A stretch of DNA of 64,000 bases from Balanoglossus misakiensis (Eukaryota; Animalia; Hemichordata), in contig CM082579.2 of the NCBI GenBank assembly GCA_040954595.2, positions 6,375,625 through 6,439,624 of the forward strand. Reading direction: 5' to 3'. The notes below the pieces were generated by a model. The model had not been told where the DNA came from and did no database searches. It saw nothing but the letters and a program-made list of their open reading frames with translations. The position numbers were made by a program, and so were the translations under genes. How positions within the stretch are numbered: the stretch's first letter is position 1; each line of letters starts with the position of its first letter. Shown here piece after piece: positions 57,426 through 64,000 of this stretch.

Positions 57426-57722
57426 ATGAGACTACAAAGAGTACTACGCATTATCATAGCCGCTGTGGCTCTGAACGGACTGTTCCTCCTCTGTCGGAAA
57501 CTGTCCGACAAGGCCGTCGTCCTCGTAGATCGGGATGGCGGCAAGAGCCAAGCACTTGAGAAAGGTGACGCTGACGACAACAACGTTCACTCGTCCAGCA
57601 AAAACAACAACAAGGAACCGGTTGCAGCAAACACGCACGAGAAACAAAGGCGAGTTTTATCGACCAACGCACTCATGCTAACATCTCCAAATGGTTACGT
57701 CAGCGTACAGAACAAAACAAAG
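57426..57722 (+). CDS. ST6GALNAC3: ST6GalNAc-like coding exon 1 (cytoplasmic tail, transmembrane helix, stem; 99 codons)
   Basis: ATG at 57426 after an in-frame TGA at 57381. Hydrophobic segment, then GYVSV at the end of the stem. Donor AAG|gtaagc at 57723, phase 0. Confidence 0.8.
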
Positions 57723-60700
57723 GTAAGCAAGGGCTTCCCGTCTGCCGTGAGACGCAGGGGGTGGGGCACTCGGTCCTGACGAGGGTAGGCCGTCAGAGAT
57801 GTACCGTGGGGATAACAACATTTCAATCCGTCGGTGTGTGTCGTACTGAGTCTGAGTGTACTGCGTTCAAATACATGTATCGCGCTTCTGCCAGGACTGC
57901 CGCGACCAATCGTGTGATAATCGTTAGAAGAGAACAAGATGGTGCGCTGCACGCCAATCTCATTCGGTTTGGTGTGGTTCATTGCAGCCGCATGTAAAAC
58001 ACGGTCTCATTTGCTGCTGTGAAGTACTTCACCACAGGAAATACTAGTAGTAGCAAAACGCGAATAGCAGAGACCAAGCACAGCCAAAGACGCCGCCTAT
58101 CTCGACAGCCGATTTTCAGACCGACAGCGTAATATTAACCAGAACAAGACAATGTGAAAAATGATTTTTCCATTGATTTTACATGTGTCATCAATGTACA
58201 CAGATGCCATCTTATTCTGGGGAGTATTAAACTGTATTTATCTATGCCAAAATATCAGTAACACAAGAATGGTGAGGTATGCTTACTTGTTGCTGCTGCT
58301 GGACGGAGCGGCCCCCGACAAACTTGAAGGAATGGCAGAGATTCTTCCGACATGAAATCCTCCTAATTTTCCTCGAGTAGTTCTCCAAAATCCTGGCACA
58401 AACAGTCGTCCTCGTCAGCACATTCCTGGGGTTTTTCTGTTTCACTTTGTACCGTGTTTAGAAGTAATCCACCGTGTTTAGAAGTAATCCACACGCCTCC
58501 TTCATCCAACATGACGCTTTCCCTTTGAAATTGGCAGCGCGAATGACGTGTTGTGGTGCGTGCAGATATGCAAAAGCATGCACCTGGTGAAGTTATGCAG
58601 ATGCGACGGAATGGTCACTCTCAACCAGTGGAAATCATCCACGCACACGTAGTTGCACACGTTCCAAGCGTTAATTACCCCACATTCAAGCAGTGGGTGC
58701 TTCGTGATTGGTTAAGTGTCACACCAGGTGTTGCTGACGTGTCGTAAACTGACATACTGCGCACGTGTCATCTCGGGGCAAGCGTTGAGATTTTGAAAGC
58801 CACTCGGACATGCACAGGCAGGCGTGATGCCGCCCTCTTGTCGTCCACTCGCTTAATGACTGCCCACCACTCGTGTATTATATCCTATACATGTACCACA
58901 GTCCATCCTGCGTGGAGGGCCAGTGCCCATTACTGCCCCAAAGCTAATGAAACGAGCAATAAGCATTATACTTTAAAATATGTGATAGTATTAATAAGAT
59001 GTCTGGCAATGTCGTGTGTCCACATTTTGTATTTAGGATTAGGCGTTCAAAATTTGGTATAATGTGCCCCGATATGACGTAAAAATCATCGTTTTTTCCA
59101 CTCGTTTTCAAGATGTTAGGTATATAGTCTCAGTTATTGGCCATCTCAGGTATCATGGCAACACATTTCACTGAATCTTCTATTTAACATTACCTTTTTC
59201 TCTTAATAATTCAACAGAAATTGGCCGCGAGATGTGACGTGTGCGCCTTGGTGTCGTCATCAGGACAGCTTCTGGGCTCCAAAGCTGGTCGAGAAATTGA
59301 CCGCGCCTCCTGCGTCATCCGCATGAACGACGCTCCCGTCAAAGGGTACGAGGTGGACGTTGGATCGAGGACAACGATACGAATGGTGTCGTTCCTCGCC
59401 GTAAAAACCGAGGCGCTCGTGAACGACAAACTCTTTGAGAAGCCCCACCACCCCGACACCGTTGTTTTGTGGACTTCGTACAGGAAAGGGGTGGCACGTG
59501 CAATATTGGAGACGTATGGGAACTTAAGCAAAGTGTATCCGCACGTTGATTTCTACTACGCGACGGAGAAGCAGAACGATTTTGCAGATGAATTGTTCTT
59601 CAATGAAACTGGCAAAACCAGGTAAGGGTGTACAGAGGGTGAGCATGGGCTTGGATTGCAGGGGGGGGGGGGTGTCTGCGCGCAGCCGCTCGGAATACCG
59701 AGTGTTTTTGCTAAGGTTGTTACTAAATGCTTTGGTAGCCCGGTGACGTTTCTACTGCATTATATGTAGGTGTTGCTAATTGACGTCATCCGTTGGCTTA
59801 ACCGTTAAAATTGCTGGGGAACTAACCATGGCAAAATTTACCAAGCAATTTGACTCCAAATTCCTGACTACGATGTTTAATTTAGTTTAATAAATATATG
59901 CATATCATTCTTGTACTATGCATCGAATACTGAGGTTACCAGATGCAGAAATTGTACCACAAACGCAGTATCAATGCAAGAAATAACCAGCTACCGTCTC
60001 TTGTTCGTTTTCTTTTTTCGACTTTCGACTATAAGAGTTGAAACTGGGACATGGCTGTCCAGCGGATGGTTCACTATGTTGATGGCGCTCCAGTACTGTC
60101 GTCAAATCGAGGTGTACGGCATGATCGACGCCGACTATTGCAACCGGTGAGTGATTTCACAAAACTAATGTTTGCTTTTGGAAGCAAAAAATGCGCTAAT
60201 GGCGCATCCCTGTGGTTTTACTGATAAACTAAAAAAGCAGCGAAAAAACGAAGTTATATAAGAAGAAGAAAAAAACTTAAAAAGCAGCTCATCCTATTTC
60301 CTCCTCCTGTAGGCAAAGCCGCCAACCGGATGCTCCGTACCACTACTACAACAATCCTTTCTGGAGTTTCCGAACATTGCGAGAGTGCGATTTCTATCGG
60401 AAATCCGAAGGCAGCAAGAACGCACACCGCTTCATGACAGAAAAATACATCTTCAGAAGATGGAGCCAAGAACTTGACATCGAGTTTCATTATCCCGCGT
60501 GGAATTTCAGCAAGCCTGTGATGCATGTACCAGCGTTCATGAATCCAGGTAGGATTTAGATAATTATATTTCGAGTCCTTGCAGACGTTGATTTGGCCTA
60601 AAAATAATAATTACGTGGTTTTCAAAGTAGGGTAAGTAGGTAGCGAGTTTTTTTGCATTTTTTATATCTTTTGCCACCGTAGTGAACATAGTAAATCATA

Positions 60701-60792
60701 GAAGACGATTTACACACAGTGAATGGTAGCGCATTTTCATAGTTTTCTCTTTACGCTATCTTTCAGAGCGGAGTGGCGGCGATCGTACCTGA
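57426..60792 (+). CDS. ST6GALNAC3: alpha-N-acetylgalactosaminide alpha-2,6-sialyltransferase, ST6GalNAc3/4/5/6 family (GT29). Spliced CDS join(57426..57722,59218..59621,60036..60146,60313..60548,60767..60792) = 357 aa, or with exon 4 read through to the stop at 60559 = 352 aa
   Basis: Type II membrane N-terminus (MRLQRVLR + IIIAAVALNGLFLLC). Sialylmotif L CDVCALVSSSGQLLGSKAGREIDRASCVIRMNDAPVKGYEVDVGSRTT, sialylmotif S LSSGWFTMLMALQYCRQIEVYGM, motif III PYHYY and motif VS HRFMTEK. All introns are GT-AG with matching phases (0,2,2,1). The symbol names the closest vertebrate subfamily; it is probably a pro-orthologue of ST6GALNAC3-6. Confidence 0.92.
58451..58492. repeat. Exact 20-bp tandem duplication in sialyltransferase intron 1
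   Basis: accgtgtttagaagtaatcc x2. Confidence 0.95.
59218..59621 (+). CDS. ST6GALNAC3: ST6GalNAc-like coding exon 2 (sialylmotif L)
   Basis: Pyrimidine tract and cag acceptor at 59215-59217. Translates KLAARCDVCALVSSSGQLLG...FFNETGKT. Donor AG|gtaagg at 59622. Confidence 0.95.
60036..60146 (+). CDS. ST6GALNAC3: ST6GalNAc-like coding exon 3 (sialylmotif S)
   Basis: Pyrimidine tract and aag acceptor. Translates VETGTWLSSGWFTMLMALQYCRQIEVYGMIDADYCN. Donor CG|gtgagt at 60147. Confidence 0.93.
60313..60559 (+). CDS. ST6GALNAC3: ST6GalNAc-like coding exon 4 (motifs III and VS); ends at TAG 60557-60559 or at the internal donor after 60548
   Basis: ctcctcctgtag acceptor. Translates QSRQPDAPYHYYNNPFWSFRTLRECDFYRKSEGSKNAHRFMTEKYIFRRWSQELDIEFHYPAW. 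Confidence 0.93.
60767..60792 (+). CDS. Putative terminal coding exon 5 of the sialyltransferase (ERSGGDRT*)
   Basis: Donor CAG|gtagga at 60549 and strong acceptor ttttctctttacgctatctttcag ending at 60766. The join is phase 1 and reaches TGA at 60790-60792. No homology support. Confidence 0.5.
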
Positions 60793-60999
60793 TTATACGT
60801 ATTCATCAGATATTCAACATTCTGTCTTCAACGGAACAGAGTGAGATTCTACTATCAAGTTACCTTCGGAATGTCCTTTAGGAGATACCGTGGATTATGT
60901 CAATTGTGGGCCACCTCACACCCTTCGTATGATTTTCATGCGCACAGAGACAATAGTACTGGTAAGCTTCTGCGCATGGTCTGTGAGTAAAATCGCCGA

Positions 61000-61295
61000 C
61001 TAATTCAAGTCTTCCAGTTCCTCTTTAAAGCGCGCAATATCGTACAGATCCTTGAAGCCGAGATCCTTTTTGAGGGAAGAGTAGAAAAACTCTGGAGCCT
61101 CGAGACAAATTGTCTTCAGCGTCAGAAGTTGTCGGCCCGTGTACTTTTTGAACTTGGGTGCCAGGTGGCCGAGTCCGTTCTTTGACAGCCAGGAAGTGAT
61201 GTCACTGTTATCCCATGATGCCAATGAATCGTCTTCTGGGGTTTTATGGACAATGTTAACGTTCCGGTCATTGCCAGACTGCGCAACGTTGAGGT
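61000..61295 (-). CDS. ARM-TIR-SAM gene terminal exon (SAM-like domain)
   Basis: ttttctatcaaatag acceptor. Contains the W..sD..sWL...GL SAM signature and a terminal helix LYDIARFKEELEDL. Stop TAG at 61002-61000. Confidence 0.87.
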
Positions 61296-64000
61296 CTATT
61301 TGATAGAAAACAGAAGGCATGGTGTTTGTTAATGTTAATCCAGTTTTTATCCCAACATTATGATCGTCTAATTGAAATAAAATGAGCATTGAATCATTTC
61401 GTTCTTCAAATAAGAGACTTCAGTGAGAAAATAGTGTCGGCCATTTTGACTGGATGTAAAACAATACTGCATGTCCCATTTTAGATTGAACCGATTGTTA
61501 TATCACTATTCAATACGAATGCCCTACCGTATTTCTTGACAACTGTGTCTCGGACTTTCCCCCGGTCGCCGATCTCCCGCACCAGATTCGGGAAATTCTT
61601 CTCGAGATTCTCTTCGGAGCTGAAATCGAAGTAGAGCTTGGTGCCGACCAGAATGCCCAGCCATCCGTCTGGGGAATAGTTCTTCTCAACCCGGATGGGA
61701 ATGTACGGCTTCTGCAGTTTGTATGTATACTCCGCCTCTGCGTGGCGATATATGACAGGGAGGGAGAGGTTACTCTCTCGGAATGACACTGACAGACGAT
61801 AGAATCCATTTAAATTATTATTAACACCGCGGTTATTCCGTAATTTTTGGCATATGACTTTCAAGATGTTAGTTACAGCATGGACGTTATGTCCATGGTT
61901 ACAGCTATAAGCTCCGATACTGTTATTGTCGCATCCAGTAAGTATCGCGTGACTGAATAGCCCCAGTTAAACTCTCGTCAAAGCAGTTCAAAAATGAACG
62001 TAATTCTGACTTCTGCGTTAAGATATCAGTAGGGGGTTCTGATGCGGTCATCGATCAAGTGGAACCGAAGAATGTGGCGGCACTCACCAGATCTGCATGG
62101 GTTGCTGAACTTGTATTTTTCTGACATGCAAATCAGCACTACGTCCGCGCCTTGCACGGCCTCTGCCATTGCTTCCAGCGTAGATCCACCTTAGAGGCAC
62201 GAAATGTCAACATTTAGTTCTGTTAGAAAGGGAATGCTTTGTGGGAATACCGGAAAGAATAGTGCACGTATGGATAAATGCATGCACACATAAATACCTA
62301 TAAGGTACATGTACATGCGCCACCTGGTTAAATATCAGAAAAAGTCAATCCTACCCATTTTCTCAATATCCATCCAGACGGCATATCCTGCAGACTGTAG
62401 TTTCTTTTTCAACTTCACTATCCGCGACTGAACATTCCAACTGTAGCTTATCATCACGTGACCCGTGGAGCCGCCCGACCCCCTGTTGTCTTGCATAGAA
62501 GAAAACTCTTCTCTTTGCTGTTCGAGGCTGACTTCTTGTTCTTTAAGTTCCCACAGAGCACCTTCACAAGCCCTCTTCAGTCCAGGGTCCGGTCCACTTT
62601 TCAGTTTCTCCAGAGCTTTTGGTGAAAGGAATCGTCAGAGAGAATGTGTTACGAGCTTCAACTTGAACCGTGATTAGCCCTTTTTACGTCCATGATTAGC
62701 CTAAGTCAATGCAAATTGCGCCGACTTGAGGAAAGAGTCAATCCGGCATGCGATCTGATTAAAATCAGATGATCGTGATTCCTAGTATTAGTCAATTTGG
62801 CATGATGTGTATACAAACCTGTCAGGCACCCCGTCTCCCTTCTTATTTTGTCTTTGTTGTCTTTGTGGAAGGCGAGGGTCCAGAGAGCCGTGGCGGCAAG
62901 TCGTTGCTCTTCCAGGCTACATTGCGGTTGTAGTAATTTGACCAGGGACGGTAGAACGCCAGCTCTCACAATTGTGACCTGAAAGATGCAGTAGAGGATT
63001 CGGCGCGAAACAGTGTGTACAATTAACATGAGTCTTTCGCAATTGTCGTAGGCCTAGATAGCTAAATACCTATCGTGGTTCAGTCCACAAATAATTGTTG
63101 TTTGAGAAGTTTTAAAAAATAGGTGCGCGCTGTCTCAATTGGCGCGAATACACTCCTGGTGAGAATACACAGAACACCTGGTGAAACGTGTCCTACCTTG
63201 TTGTCGTCGTTGAACGCCAGCTTCGTCATTCCGTCCACCAGCTCGGTCACGTGAAACCCGTAATCTCCCTCCCTGTGGTCGTCCTCATCCACGGCCGACT
63301 CAAGCACGTTGACGAGAAACTCGATGTTCTCGTTTCCCGCGTTAATCTTGTGGTTCTCCTCGTCGTCGATGATGTAAGACAAGGTGAGGAGGGCCAGCGC
63401 CCTGTAGAGGAGACGGTCGAGCTGCAAGAAGTGCTGCAGCAAGGCCACGGCTTCGGCGTCTCTGAAGTCGCGGCGATTGTCGTTGCACAGCCGTATGCTG
63501 TTGTGCAGAGTGGAGAGCACCAGTTCGAGATAGCTGTCCTGGTCGTAACGTTCTTGTCGCCCGCCGCCGTCGTCGTCTTTCTGCATGCGCCGAAGCTCCC
63601 CGAGCAGGAGTTCTATCAGGCCGGCCTTGCCGACGGCCCTGCACATCACCGCCGACGAGTCGCACGCGTTCCCCAGAACCATCGTCGCCAGTTCCAGCGC
63701 CATGCCCAACTCGTACAAACCCAGCCCTCCGGACTTTTTACCCAGCGTCTGCGCCGAGCGCCACTCTTTGTGCAGCCTGCGGTACAACGCCGGGTAGTCG
63801 CGCTCGACCAAGTAGTTCGAGAATTGTTCGTGCTTCACCGGGGTTTCTGTCATATCGTACAGCTCGTGTAGCTGCGTCAGTTTGTCCAGGGTTTCGTCGT
63901 CATCTTCTTCTTCTGCTTCTTTACTTTCGCTCGCCAACTTTGTCTTGCTCCCGAGAAATTCCAGGATGGTGTCTATGGTGCCCGTTTTCTCCTCGATCAA
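61000..64000 (-). CDS. ARM-repeat / TIR (TIR_2) / SAM domain protein, SARM1-like domain set in permuted order; 5' end outside the window. complement(join(61000..61295,61528..61737,62088..62189,62355..62615,62819..62978,63197..>64000))
   Basis: Six exons joined by GT-AG introns with consistent phases (0,1,1,1,1) give 610 aa with no internal stop. ARM-like helices (AGVLPSLVKLL...AATALWTLAF; ACEGALWEL), TIR (HVMISYSW...GYAVWMDIEKMGGSTLEAMAEAVQGADVVLICMSEKYKFSNPCRSEAEY...PYIPIRV...DGWLG) and a SAM-like tail (WDNSDITSWLSKNGLGHL...YTGRQLLTL). Confidence 0.9.
61528..61737 (-). CDS. ARM-TIR-SAM gene exon (C-terminal half of TIR)
   Basis: cag acceptor. Translates (E)AEYTYKLQKPYIPIRVEKNYSPDGWLGILVGTKLYFDFSSEENLEKNFPNLVREI. 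Donor G|gtaggg. Confidence 0.9.
62088..62189 (-). CDS. ARM-TIR-SAM gene exon (TIR BB loop to alphaC); missed by the ORF track
   Basis: Hand translation: GSTLEAMAEAVQGADVVLICMSEKYKFSNPCRS. aag acceptor, G|gtgagt donor. Confidence 0.9.
62355..62615 (-). CDS. ARM-TIR-SAM gene exon (last ARM helix, linker, TIR betaA-betaB); missed by the ORF track
   Basis: Hand translation: LEKLKSGPDPGLKRACEGALWELKEQ...GSGGSTGHVMISYSWNVQSRIVKLKKKLQSAGYAVWMDIEKM. aag acceptor, G|gtagga donor. Confidence 0.9.
62819..62978 (-). CDS. ARM-TIR-SAM gene exon (armadillo repeat)
   Basis: tttcag acceptor. Translates VTIVRAGVLPSLVKLLQPQCSLEEQRLAATALWTLAFHKDNKDKIRRETGCLT. Donor G|gtttgt. Confidence 0.9.
63197..64000 (-). 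CDS. ARM-TIR-SAM gene, large exon (alpha-solenoid/ARM region), truncated by the window end
   Basis: 268 open codons with strong GC3 bias. ARM-like segments VGKAGLIELLLGEL, LVLSTLHNSIR and EAVALLQHFL. Donor AAG|gtagga. Confidence 0.92.

Noticed and set aside
63188-63871. 227-aa + strand ORF and other ORFs overlapping the large ARM exon
   Set aside because: These are antisense or alternate-frame shadows of a GC3-rich coding exon, with no recognisable protein features.
61000-64000. Calling the minus-strand gene SARM1
   Set aside because: The domain order (TIR before a single SAM) and TIR motifs differ from SARM1 orthologues, so the gene symbol is withheld.
1-64000. CRISPR arrays, rRNA, intact tRNA genes, autonomous transposons or prokaryotic operons
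   Set aside because: None seen; the sequence is intron-containing animal DNA.

Overview
Eukaryotic (metazoan) genomic DNA, roughly 40% GC by eye, with spliceosomal GT-AG introns, microsatellites and short DNA-transposon relics. Gene content and repeats suggest an invertebrate deuterostome such as a hemichordate (inference). The first ~57 kb has no recognisable coding exon. It looks like a regulatory gene desert with recurring CRE, E-box, Hox/PBX and E2F motifs and a few MITEs. The last 7 kb holds two convergent genes reconstructed by hand. (1) A + strand ST6GalNAc3/4/5/6-family sialyltransferase (GT29; 4 or 5 coding exons, 57426-60559 or 57426-60792) with sialylmotifs L, S, III and VS. (2) A - strand gene, 5'-truncated by the window end (6 visible exons, 64000->61000, 610 aa visible), encoding ARM repeats, then a TIR_2-type domain retaining the putative catalytic Glu, then one C-terminal SAM-like domain. 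This is the SARM1 domain set in a permuted order (ARM-TIR-SAM) and is the most interesting element in the window.
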